Source of the DNA: Squalus acanthias
Lineage: Eukaryota
DNA: 64,000 bases
Assembly: GCA_030390025.1 (NCBI GenBank)
Contig: CM059432.1
Span: 682,001-746,000, forward strand
Direction: 5' to 3'
The notes beneath the pieces are model-generated. The model was not told the origin of the DNA. It searched no databases and worked only from the letters and a program-made list of their open reading frames with translations. Position 1 is the stretch's first letter, and every line of letters begins with the position of its first letter. The translations under genes were made by a program, and so were the position numbers. This document shows, piece by piece, positions 50,225-60,886 of the stretch.

Positions 50225-51284
50225 ATGTCGTCCAGGTCTTGTTGCATGCGGGCATGGACTGCTTCATTATCTGAGGAGTTGTGAATGGCGCTGAACACTG
50301 TGCAGTCATCAGCGAACATCCCCATTTCTGACCTTATGTTGGAGGGAAGGTCATTGATGAAGCAGCTGAAGATGGTTGGGCCTAGGACACTGCCCTGAGG
50401 AACTCCTGCAGCGATGTCCTGGGAGCGTTTTCCCCCCGATTCCCATTGACCTCAGTTTTACTAGGGCTCCTTGATGCCACACTTGGTCAAATGCTGCCTT
50501 GATGTCAAGGGCAGTCACTCTCACCTCACCTCTGGAATTCAGCTCCTTTGTCCATGTTTGGACCAAAGCTGTAATGAGGCCGGGAGCCGAGTGGTCTTGG
50601 CGGAACCCAAACTGGGTATCAGTGAGCAGGTTATTGGTGAGTAAGTGCTGCTTGATAGCACTTTCGATGACACCTTCCATCATTTTGCTGATGATTGAGA
50701 GTAATTGGCTGGGTTGGATTTGTCCTGCTTTTTGTGGACAGGACATACCTGGGCAGTTTTCCACATTGTCGGATAGATGCCAGTGTTGTAGCTGCACTGG
50801 AACAGCTTGGCTAGAGGTGTGGCTAGTTCTGGAGCACAAGTCTTCAGCACGATAGCCAGGATGTTGTCGGGGCCCATAGCCTTTGCTGTATCCAGTGTGC
50901 TCAGCCGTTTCTTGATATCACGTGGAGTGAATCGAATTGGCTGAAGACTGGCTTCTGTGATGGTGGGGACCTCAGGAGTAGGCCGATATGGATCATCCAC
51001 TCAGCACTTCTCGCTGAAGATGGTTGCAAACGCTTCAGCCTTGTCTTTTGCACTCACGTGCTGGGCTCTACCATCATTGAGGATGGGGATATTCTTGGAG
51101 CCTCCTGCTCCCGTTAGTTGTTTAATAGTCCACCACCATTCACGACTGGATGTGGCAGGACTGCAGAGCTTTGATCTGATCCGTTGATTGTGGGATAGCT
51201 TAGCCCTATCTATAGCATGCTGCTTCCGCTTTTTAGCATGCATGTAGTCCTGTGTTGCAGCTTCCCCAGGCTGGCACCTCATTT
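50225..51284 (-). mobile_element. Family-B LINE internal fragment
   Basis: ORFs 51001-51321, 50680-51000 and 50351-50839, near-identical to 32712-33850. Confidence 0.9.
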
Positions 51285-51327
51285 TAATGGGGAATAAGGA
51301 AATGGCAGAGAAATTAAACAAATACTT

Positions 51328-52150
51328 TGGGCAGAATTTTCATTGACCCGTGGAGGCGGGTTTGGAGGCGTGTGGGGTGGGAAAATACCAGATTCGGGGG
51401 TCCCGAACCCATCCCGCCCCCAACCCGCCTCCATGCCAGTTTCACAGGAGGCGGGTACCCGACCTGTGCTGGGACCCGCCTCCCTGAGGCGGGAAGGGGA
51501 TTTGTGCCAATAAACTGCCTGTTAACAGGTAGTTAACAGGCAGTTTTTTGCCTAATACCTATTTTAGGCCCTGAAGTATGGGCTTCCTGACAGGTCTGAA
51601 CCACGCCGATTTAGCGAGGCGGACCGTCGGTCTGGAGGGCTTGGAGGGGTCGAGATGTCCGGTGTGCAGGTGAGTGATGGGTGCATGAGTGCAGAGGTAA
51701 GTGTGTTTGGTGTGTGTAATGATCTCATCGAATGGCGGAGCAGGCTCGAGGGACCGAATGGCCTACTCCTGCTCCTATCTTCTATGTTTCTATGTGAAGT
51801 GTTTTAAGAACTTGTACTTACCTTAACTTTGTCCTGCAGGCTAAGGTGTCGGGAGTCCCTCAGCTCACCGGCACAGAAAGCAGAATGGCCGCGGAGCTGT
51901 CAAAAGCTGCAGTCTCTGCTTTCTGTGCTGGATTGATTTCTAACTGAGTCTAAGTACAGGACTCACGTTAGAAATCATATTGTCAGTGTTTGACAGCTTC
52001 ACAGAGCTGTCAAATGCTGATATTTCATCTGTCAAAAGCTCTTGACAGATGAAATTTCTATGGCTGACGTCACCTGTATCCAAGGGACCCTTGATTGGCC
52101 TGCTAAGCCCGCTGGGCGGGCTTAACAAGGTCAATCAAGGGAAAATACAG
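51328..52150 (-). mobile_element. Harbinger-like non-autonomous fragment related to the 24491 element
   Basis: gggcagaatttt terminus; cgctgggcgggcttaacaagg is the reverse complement of about 24600-24622. Confidence 0.55.
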
Positions 52151-52199
52151 TGAGTTCAACAATTTTAGATCATAACCTCAGCTCCAATCACATTTATAT

Positions 52200-52556
52200 T
52201 TTATTTTTTCCACCCTTTTATTTGCCCCCCCCCCACCTTTTTTTCCCTCCGAGAAGCTGGCAGCTGTCCTTCATTCTGCCAGTGGATTTCACACTTCTTT
52301 CAGCCTTAATCTGTCACATTAACACCACCTCTAGCCTTGCATATCTCTTAATGTCTCTTAATGTCTCTTCATCTCCCCCTTTGTTCTTTTATCCCCTCCC
52401 CCTTTTCCCAGCTTTACTCTGGCCTAAAATCTATTTGATTTCCGGCTCTTCACAGTTCTGACGAAAGGTCATCGACCTGAAACGTTAACTCTCTTTCTCT
52501 CTCCACAGATGCTGCCTGGCCTGCTGAGTTTTTCCAGTGTTTTCTGTTGTTATTTG
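52200..52556 (+). mobile_element. Penelope-type 3' tail/pseudo-LTR
   Basis: Pyrimidine-rich stretch, then a hammerhead, then ctctccacagatgctgcctggcctgctgag..ccag..ttttctg. Confidence 0.6.
52454..52490 (+). ncRNA. Minimal type I hammerhead ribozyme
   Basis: AGUU-CUGACGA-A-AGGUC-auc-GACCU-GAAA-CGUU^AACU; palindromic ACGU stem III. Confidence 0.82.
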
Positions 52557-52652
52557 TAATACATAGATACATAGAAGATAGGAGCAGGAGTAGGCCATCC
52601 GGCCCTTCGAGCCTGCTCCGCCATTTAATGAGATCATGGCTGATCCTCCAAT

Positions 52653-55520
52653 TCAGTATCCCGTCCCCGCCTTCTCTCCGTAACCCTTAACCCCTTTTGC
52701 CTGTAGAAATATATCTAATTCCCTCTTAAATATATTTAATGAGCTGGCGTACACTGCCCTCTGTGGCAATGAGTTCCACAGGTTCACCACCCTCTGAGTG
52801 AAGAAATTCCCCCTCATTTCTGTCCTAAATGGTTTAGCCCTTATCCTTAAATTATGTCCTCTAGTTCTGTTCTCACCCGCCAAGGGAAACATTCCTTCTG
52901 CATCTAGTCTGTCTAGACCTGTCAGAATTTTATACACTTCTATGAGGTCCCCTCTCAATCTTCTAAACTCTAGTGTGTACATCCCTAAACTACATAGTCT
53001 CTCCTCATAGGTCAATCCCGCCATTCCTGGTATCAGCCTGGTGAATCGCCGCTGCACCCCCTCCATGGCAAGAACATCTTTCCTCAGATGAGGCGACCAA
53101 AACTGTACACAGTACTCGAGGTGTGGTCTCACCAGTGCCCTGTACAGCTGCAGCAAGGTATCCCTGTTCCTGTATTCCAACCCTTTTGCTATGAAGGCCA
53201 GCATACCGTTTGCCTTCTTGACCGCCTGTTGCACCTGCATGCTCGCCTTCAGTGACTGGTGTACAAGAACACCCAGGTCTCTCTGTACTTCCCCCTCTCC
53301 CAATTTATTGCCATTTAAATAATAATTTGCCCTCCCGTTCCTGCACCCAAGGTGGATAACTTCGCACTTGTCCACATTATAGTGCATCTGCCATTTATCC
53401 GCCCAATCACCCAGTCTGTCCAAATCGCTCTGGAGCTTCCTGGTCTCCTCCTCTGAGCCCACCCCCCCTCCTAGTTTAGTGTCGTCTGCAAATTTGGAAA
53501 TGCTGCATCCGACTCCCTGATCCAGGTCATTAATGTAAATTGTGAACAGCTGGGGACCCAGGACAGATCCCTGCGGTACCCCACTTGTTACTGCCTGCCA
53601 TTCAGAAAATGAGCCGTTTATTCCAACTCTCTGTTTTCTATCTGACAGCCAGTTCTCTATCCACGTCAATACTTTCCCCTTTATCCCATGAGCTTCAATT
53701 TTCCCTGCTAATCTTTTATGTGGGACCTTATCGAAGGCCTTTTGGAAGTCCAGGTACACCACATCTACTGGCTCTCCCCCATCTATTTTACCAGTTACTC
53801 CCTCAAAAAATTCCAATAGATTAGTCAAGCACGATTTACCCTTTGTAAATCCATGTTGACTCTGTCCTATCCTGTCCCCATTTGCTAAGTGCTCCGCTAT
53901 TTCATCCTTAATGATGGACTCCAGCATTTTGCCCACAACTGATGTAAGGCTTACAGGTCTGTAATTACCTGCTTTTTCCCTACCCCCCTTTTTGAATAGT
54001 GGGGTAACGTTAGCTACCCTCCAATCCATGGGCACTGTTCCCGAGTCTAATGAATTCTGAAAAATCATACTTAGTGCATCCGCTATCTCTAGGGCCACCT
54101 CCTTCAGCACCCTAGGATGCATGTTATCAGGCCCTGGGGATTTGTCCGCCTTCAATCCCTTTAGCTTCCTTAACACCATATCCTTAGAGATATTGATTTG
54201 CGTCAGTTCCTCCTTTGCAAATGTCCCTATTTTTCCCGATATCCCAGGGAGGTTTTTTGTGTCTTCCTTCGTAAAGACTGACCCAAAGTATGCATTTAGT
54301 TGGTCTGCCATTTCCTTATTTCCCGTTATATATTCCCCCGTATCTGACTGCAATGGGCCAACTTTGGTTTTCACCAGTCTTTTCCTCTTGATATACTTAT
54401 AAAAGCTTTTGGAGTTAGTTTTTATATTTTCCGCCAGCTTGCTTTCGTAAGCTATTTTGCCCCTCTTGATTAAGCCCTTTGTCCTCCTTTGCTCTATCTT
54501 AAACTGTTCCCAATCTTCCGCTCTGGCGCTTTTTTTGGCTATTTTATACGCCCTATCTTTGGATTTTATGCTGTCTCTAATTTCCCCTGTTATCCACGGT
54601 TGAGTCACCTTTTTAGATTTCCTTTTATGCCAGATTGGTATAAACAATTTTTGCAATTTTGTCATTCTATCTTTAAATGCTTGCCATTGTTTATCTACCT
54701 CCAGTCCTCCCAGGAACGTTGTCCAATCAGACCTACTCAGTTCCCGTCTAATGGCATCATAATTCCCCTTGTTTAAATTCAGGACCTTAGTATCTGAGTC
54801 AATTTCTTCGCTCTCCATTTCGAGTGAGATTTCGATCATGTTATGATCGCTCTGACCCAAGGGTCCCCGTACAACAAGATTACTAATTAGTCCCTTCTCA
54901 TTGCACAGTACCCAGTCCAATATAGCCTGTTCCCGAGTTGGTTCCTCGACATATTGATCCAGATAACCATCCCTTAAACACTCAAGGAATTCCTCCTCCT
55001 CATTATTTTTACTGATTAGGCTATTCCAATCTATATGTAAGTTAAAGTCACCTATGATGACAGCTGTGCTCTTATTGCACGCTTCTCTAATTTCCCTCGT
55101 GATGCCCTCCCCAACCTCTATTTTACTATTTGGAGGCCTATATACCACTCCTATTAATGTTTTTCGCCCCTCGCTATTTCTTAGCTCCACCCATATAGAT
55201 TCTGTATTAACTGAGTTAATATCCTTCCTTTCAATTGCATTTATCCCTTCTTTTACCAGCAATGCTACCCCTCCTCCCTTTCTTTTTTGTCGATCCTTCC
55301 TAAATACTGAATACCCCTGTATGTTAAGCTCCCAGCCCTGCTCACCCTGCAACCATGTTTCCGTAATCCCAATTAGATCATAATTATTAACCTCTATTTC
55401 CACAGCTAATTCATCTACCTTGTTCCTGATGCTTCTCGCATTAAGGTATAAAACCCTCAGGCTTTTTTTATGCTCACATTTTTTATGAATTAGTTTGGCC
55501 CTTTGTTTTTTGTTCCTCAC
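52653..55520 (-). CDS. CR1 ORF2: APE endonuclease plus reverse transcriptase (at least 955 aa, no N-terminal ATG)
   Basis: LYLNARSIRNK, GITETW, GDFN, SDHN, YLDFQKAFDKVPH, GVPQGSVLGP, KFADDTK; uninterrupted. Confidence 0.96.
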   Translation of the reverse strand: MRNKKQRAKLIHKKCEHKKSLRVLYLNARSIRNKVDELAVEIEVNNYDLIGITETWLQGEQGWELNIQGYSVFRKDRQKRKGGGVALLVKEGINAIERKDINSVNTESIWVELRNSEGRKTLIGVVYRPPNSKIEVGEGITREIREACNKSTAVIIGDFNLHIDWNSLISKNNEEEEFLECLRDGYLDQYVEEPTREQAILDWVLCNEKGLISNLVVRGPLGQSDHNMIEISLEMESEEIDSDTKVLNLNKGNYDAIRRELSRSDWTTFLGGLEVDKQWQAFKDRMTKLQKLFIPIWHKRKSKKVTQPWITGEIRDSIKSKDRAYKIAKKSARAEDWEQFKIEQRRTKGLIKRGKIAYESKLAENIKTNSKSFYKYIKRKRLVKTKVGPLQSDTGEYITGNKEMADQLNAYFGSVFTKEDTKNLPGISGKIGTFAKEELTQINISKDMVLRKLKGLKADKSPGPDNMHPRVLKEVALEIADALSMIFQNSLDSGTVPMDWRVANVTPLFKKGGREKAGNYRPVSLTSVVGKMLESIIKDEIAEHLANGDRIGQSQHGFTKGKSCLTNLLEFFEGVTGKIDGGEPVDVVYLDFQKAFDKVPHKRLAGKIEAHGIKGKVLTWIENWLSDRKQRVGINGSFSEWQAVTSGVPQGSVLGPQLFTIYINDLDQGVGCSISKFADDTKLGGGVGSEEETRKLQSDLDRLGDWADKWQMHYNVDKCEVIHLGCRNGRANYYLNGNKLGEGEVQRDLGVLVHQSLKASMQVQQAVKKANGMLAFIAKGLEYRNRDTLLQLYRALVRPHLEYCVQFWSPHLRKDVLAMEGVQRRFTRLIPGMAGLTYEERLCSLGMYTLEFRRLRGDLIEVYKILTGLDRLDAEGMFPLAGENRTRGHNLRIRAKPFRTEMRGNFFTQRVVNLWNSLPQRAVYASSLNIFKRELDIFLQAKGVKGYGEKAGTGY

Positions 55521-55594
55521 CCTTTTACCATTTATTTCTGTCTGCCTTTCACTTTCCTCTATTTCACTACATAGGTTTTTAGCCCCCTGCCATA

Positions 55595-56542
55595 CTAGTT
55601 TAAATGCTCCCGAACTGCTTTATCAAAAATTACCCCGAGAACATCAGTTCCATCTTTGCACAGGTGTAGACCGTCCCTTTTGTATAGGTCACACCTACCA
55701 CAAAACTGGTTCCAATGCCTCAAAAATTTAAAACCCTCCCTCTTACACCAATGCTCAAGCCACGTATTTAGCCTAACTATCCTGTTCTCTGTACTCTTAC
55801 TAGCACGTGGCACTGGTAGTAATCCAGAGATTACTACCTTCGAGGTCCTACTTTTTAGCTTGGCTCCTAACTCCCTAAATTCTACTTGTAGGACCTCTTC
55901 CCTTTTTTTAGCTACGTCGTTGGTACCAACATGTATCACGACAACTGGCTGTTCCCCCTCCCCCTCCAGAATGTTCTGCACCCGCGCCGAGACATCCTTG
56001 ACCCTTGCACCAGGGAGGCAACATACCATCCTGGAGTCTCGGTCGCGACCACAGAAACCCCTATCTATTCCCCTTACAATCGAATCCCCTATTACTATAG
56101 CCCTGCCACTCTTTTTCCCTCCCTTCTTTGCAACAGAGCCAGTCATGGTGCCATGAGCCTGGCTGCTGGTGCCTTCCCCCGATGAGTCATCCCCCCCGAC
56201 AACAGCACCTAAGGCGGTGAACCTGTTGCTAAGGGAGACAACCCCAGGGGATTTCTGCACTACCTTCCTGCCCTTGCTCTGCCTTTTGGTCACCCATGTA
56301 CTATCTACGCTGGCCTTAACCTGCGGTGTGACCAACTCACTAAATGTGTTATCCACAACCCTCTCAGAATCGTGGATGCTCCAAAGTGAGTCCATCCGCA
56401 GCTCAAGGGCCGTCATGCGGTCCCACATGAGCTGCAGCTGGACACACTTCCCGCACACATGGTTGTCAGGGACACAGGAAGCGTCCCTGATTTCCCACAT
56501 GTTACAGGAGGAGCATGACACAGGTCCGAGCTCTACTGCCAT
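55595..56542 (-). CDS. CR1 ORF1: zinc finger/coiled coil plus SGNH esterase-like domain (315 aa)
   Basis: CSSC..CGKC; VIGDSIVRG; HVGTND; DGLHL. Confidence 0.93.
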   Translation of the reverse strand: MAVELGPVSCSSCNMWEIRDASCVPDNHVCGKCVQLQLMWDRMTALELRMDSLWSIHDSERVVDNTFSELVTPQVKASVDSTWVTKRQSKGRKVVQKSPGVVSLSNRFTALGAVVGGDDSSGEGTSSQAHGTMTGSVAKKGGKKSGRAIVIGDSIVRGIDRGFCGRDRDSRMVCCLPGARVKDVSARVQNILEGEGEQPVVVIHVGTNDVAKKREEVLQVEFRELGAKLKSRTSKVVISGLLPVPRASKSTENRIVRLNTWLEHWCKREGFKFLRHWNQFCGRCDLYKRDGLHLCKDGTDVLGVIFDKAVREHLN

Positions 56543-56995
56543 GACTTAACCCTTATATTACTTTTTAATTTTCTAGTTTTAGTTTATTTATTGACTTTTG
56601 TTTTCCCGAAGCTTACTTAGACCAATGTATACTGTACTCCTCTTATTCCTTTTTAAACTAACCAAATCCCACTAGTTTTAGTTTTACTTTCTAGGAAGGT
56701 TTGAGGAAAGTACTTACCAGTTAGTCTTACCTCCCTGGTCTTCCGCTGACTTCCCGGTCTTGTGTCCCCTTGGTCCTACGCCGACTTCCCGCTCCTCCCG
56801 GTTCCTGCCCTGCTGAAAAGAAACTGAGACCAAAAAATTTGTGACCTCTGTTTTTAGACTGCTAAAAGACTAATAGGTTAGAGGAGGAGGGCGGGTGGGG
56901 GTTCCTACTCTGTAGGAACTCGGGTTTAAGCCACCACCCTCCTTAAATGCTGTTCACCTGGGTGCTTCCCACCTGGTCCGCTTCCGGTCTCGTCT

Positions 56996-57471
56996 CTCCC
57001 GACACTGGCCTCTGCAAAAAAAGCCCGCGAAAGTGAGTTTAAATACTCACTGTGCTGCTGCTCTCTCCGCTCCCGACACTGGCCTCTGCAAAAAAAGCCC
57101 GCGAAAGTGAGTTTAACTACTCACTGTGCTGCTGCTCTCTCCGCTCCCGACACTGGCCTCTGCAAAAAAAGCCCGCGAAAGTGAGTTTAACTACTCACTG
57201 TGCTGCTGCTCTCTCCGCTCCCGACACTGGCCTCTGCAAAAAAAGCCCGCGAAAGTGAGTTTAACTACTCACTGTGCTGCTGCTCTCTCCACTCCCGACA
57301 CTGGCCTCTGCAAAAAAAGCCCGCGAAAGTGAGTTTAACTACTCACTGTGCTGCTGCTCTCTCCGCTCCCGACACTGGCCTCTGCAAAAAAAGCCCGCGA
57401 AAGTGAGTTTAACTACTCACTGTGCTGCTGCTCTCTCCGCTCCCGACACTGGCCTCTGCAAAAAAAGCCCG
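56996..57471 (-). repeat. 74-bp tandem array (6 full units plus a 32-bp partial) at the CR1 5' end
   Basis: Units start at 56996, 57070, 57144, 57218, 57292, 57366 and 57440; near-identical. Confidence 0.97.
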
Positions 57472-59030
57472 AGTTTGCTGATGCTACAAAGCTGGGTGGG
57501 AATGTAAGTTGTGAGGAGGATGCAAGGAGGCTTCAAGGGGATATAGACAGGTATGTTGGCCTTCATAGCGAGAGGGTTTGAGTACAGGAACAAGGATGTC
57601 TTGCTGCAGTTATACAGGGCCTTGGTGAGACCACACCTTGAGTACTGTGTGCAGTTTTGGTCGCCTCATCTGAGGAAGGATGTTCTTGCCATGGAAGGAG
57701 TTCAGCGAAGATTCACAAGGCTGATACCTGGGATGGTAGGAATGATGTATGAAGAGAGATTGGGTCGATTGGGCTTATACTCGCTGGAGTTTTAAAGAAT
57801 GATAGGGGATCTCATTGAAACTTATAAAATTCTGACAGGACAGGATAAACTAGATGCAGGAAGGATGTTACCGATGGTCGGGGAGTCCAGAACCAGGGGT
57901 CACAGTCTAAGGATAAGGGGTAAGCCATTTAGGACAGAAATGAGGAGGAATTTCTTCACCCAGAGAGTGGTGAACCTGTGGAATTCTCTGCCACAGAAGG
58001 CAATAGAGGCCAATTCATTAAATAGATTCAAGAAGGAGTTGGATATATTTCTTAAGGCTAAAGGGATCAAGGGATATGGGGAGAAAGCAGGGACAGGGTA
58101 CTGAATTTGGATGATCAGCCACGATCGCATTGAATGGCGGGCAGGCTAGAAGGGCCGAATGGCCTACTCCTGCTCCTGTCTTCTATGATTCTATGATTCT
58201 AATGAGTGGGCAAGAACATGGCAAATGGAATATAATGTGGAGAAATGTGAAGTTATCCACTTTGGCAGGAAAAATAGAAAAGCAGAGTATTTTTTAAATG
58301 GTGAGAGATTGGGAAATGTTGGTGTTCAGAGGGACCTGGGTGTCCTTGTACATGAATCACTGAAAGTTAACATGCAGGTACAGCAAGCAATTAGGAAAGC
58401 AAATGGTATGTTGGCCTTTATTACAAGAGGATTTGAGTATAAGAGTAAAGACGTCTTACTGCAATTATATAGGGCCTGGTGAGACCACACCTGGAGTATT
58501 GTGTATAGTTTTGGTCTCCTTACCTAAGGAAGGATATACTTGCCATAGAGGGAGTGCAACGAAGGTTCACCAGACTGGTTCCTGGGATGGGGGGAATTGT
58601 CCTATGAGGAGAGATTGAGTAGACTAGGCTTATATTCTCTGGAGTTTAGAAGAATGAAAGGTGATCTCATTGAAACATACACAATTCTTACAGGGCTTGA
58701 CAGGGTAAATGCAGGGAGGATGTTTCCCCTGGCTGGGGAGTCTAGAACCAGGGGTCACAGTCTCAGAATAAGGGGTCGGCCATTTAGGACTGAGATGAGG
58801 AGAAATTTCTTCACTCAGAGGGTGGTGAATCTTTGGAATTCTCTACCCCAGAGGGCTGGGGAGGCTCAGTCATTGAGTATATTCAAGACAGAGATCGATA
58901 GATTTTTGAATATGGGGATAGTGCAGGAAAGTGGAGATAGAAGATCAGCCATGATCTTATTGAATGGCGGAGCAGGCGCGAAGGGCCTAATGGCCTACTC
59001 CTGCTCCTATTTCTTATGTTCTAATGTTCT
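57472..59030 (+). mobile_element. Older CR1 3' part with a young CR1 (about 57551-58198) nested inside
   Basis: FADATKLGG..RLQGDIDR| resumes |EWARTWQMEYNVEKC at about 58200; the insert ends GYGEKAGTGY plus a (TTCTATGA)n tail. Confidence 0.9.
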
Positions 59031-60174
59031 TAAAGTGTATTTACTCAAGGTTAACAAAAGGCACTGAGCCATGGGTGGTTAAAATGTTCGCTCTTTGACA
59101 TTGTTTCCCAATAGACTGTAAATAATTCATTAGCCTGTCTCAGCAATCGATAAACGCCTCTCATTCATTGCATTGGTCTCTTCTGGCATTGAATGCAGGG
59201 TGATAAGGAACAGAGACGGGGATGGGGGGCCGATTTTTAACTTTTGCCCAAAACGGGCACAAAAATTGGCAGGGTAACCACATCCCCTGCTCCGTGGATT
59301 TAGGGCAGGCCCGACTCTCAAAATGGTTCAGGCCTCATTCGAATCCACTCGACGAGCTGCTCGTTGTTCAATAAGCGCTAGTGGGCAGCTCACTGAACTG
59401 GGGATGGGAAAATCCGCTGGCTCCCATGGCTCTGCAAAACTTTCCCCCAAAAAATGTCCCAGGTCGTTTTTTGAGCAGTCTCTAGTGTTCCCTTTAGGAC
59501 TTTTCGTTGAGGCTTACAAAAAAAGCAGAAGGGAGATGAGCAAAATCTTTTTTACACGGCGAGTGGTTATGATCTGGAATGTACTGCCTGAAAGGGCGGT
59601 GGAAGCAGATTCAGTAGTAACTTTCACAAGAGAATTGGATAAATACTTGATAAATTCTGCGGCTCAGGAAACCCAGCAGGTGTAGGGAGGTGAGAACGGC
59701 TGGATGGAACAGGTAAGTGCTTTTCCAGTACTGCTTGTGGGCCAGGAGGAGCTGGAGTGCTTCTCCCCGGCCCCCCAAGCTACCCTGTAAACCACTCCGC
59801 GATCGGACCCCCTCGATCGGCCGCTTCCCCCCCCCACCCCACCCCTCGCAATCGGACCCCTGATGTCCAAGTCCTACCCTCCTACCCGGGCCTCACCCCC
59901 ATGTCCGACTCACCTCCGCTCCGCTCCCCGACTTGCCTACCAGCTAGCCAGCCTCTCCATCAATCTGGCTGCGGCCAGGAAACCGAATCGAAAAATTCGT
60001 CAGGACCTTCGAGAAACCTGTACTTTGGGGTTTCCCGGCTGCTAAATCTCCCCCCCGCCCCACCCCCCACCACCCCCACACCCTCCCCCTCACCCCGCTC
60101 CCTTCCTGCCTCACAGTTATTATTGGGGTCTCTGTCTCAGTAAGTGAGAAGGATTTGTTAATCTGAGACATTAT

Positions 60175-60886
60175 GGGGGAAAAATTAGGTCGCGCCCCAT
60201 TTGGGGCGCAAATATCGTCTGGACGCAAATATTAGCGCCTGGCGCTAATTATCGCCACTGACTGGAAACTTCACTTTTACCGCCCCGGGAGGTGAGTGGA
60301 GTGCTAAATCAGGCGCTGCACACCTGTCTTAAGGCGCAAAGGCCGAGCAGTGAGGCGCTAACTCAGCGCGCGAGCGCAGCGCAAGTGCTGCCAGTTAGCG
60401 AGGGAACACAGACACACTGGCGCCGGCCAGTTCTTAAAGCGGGGGGGGGCCAACTGTTAGGATCAGTAGGCAAAACTACCTCACAAAGCGTTGACTCAAT
60501 GCAGAAGTCTCTCTTTCTCTCTCTCCGAATCTCTCTCTCTCTCTCAGAACGAGTGGTGCAAAAATGTCAACCACAGAAAAAGACAGGAAGAGGCCCCCTT
60601 TAAATAGCGCCCCCCCCAGCCCCACAGCGATTGATAGCGTTCCAGTCTTCCGGTCGTTGGATGCGCCAGGCGGTAAGGCAGGGGGCGCCACTCAATTTCC
60701 ACTCCGGGGCGTCACAATCTGCGCGCGCAGGTGGTCGCAGCGGTAAGGTTTAGCGCCGCCGCACAATCTCTAGTTAAGTTCCCGAGCGGCGCAAACATCG
60801 CTGCGCCCGGGCGTTAGCGGCTTTGCGCCCCATTAGCGCCCTCTTAAGGCGCTAACGGGAGGCGCAACCAACTGAATTTTTACCCC
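60175..60886 (-). mobile_element. Non-autonomous Harbinger-like element/MITE (inverted copy of 45366-46251)
   Basis: gggggaaaaatt / aatttttacccc termini; 3-bp TSD TAT. Confidence 0.85.

Larger units (their letters stand above)
52561..57471 (-). mobile_element. Full-length, apparently intact CR1 LINE
   Basis: 5' monomer array, 5' UTR, open ORF1 and ORF2, CR1 3' UTR with (TCTATGTA) tail; no clear TSD. Confidence 0.95.

Noticed and set aside
57020..57056. Hammerhead in the 74-bp monomer (GAAA followed by a hairpin)
   Set aside because: No CUGANGA box or stem II, and the would-be cleavage position is G
56996..57471. CRISPR-like array or repeated small ORFs (MLLLSPLPTLASAKK...)
   Set aside because: Units are head-to-tail with no unique spacers, there are no cas genes and the context is vertebrate; the ORFs are a by-product of the 74-bp period
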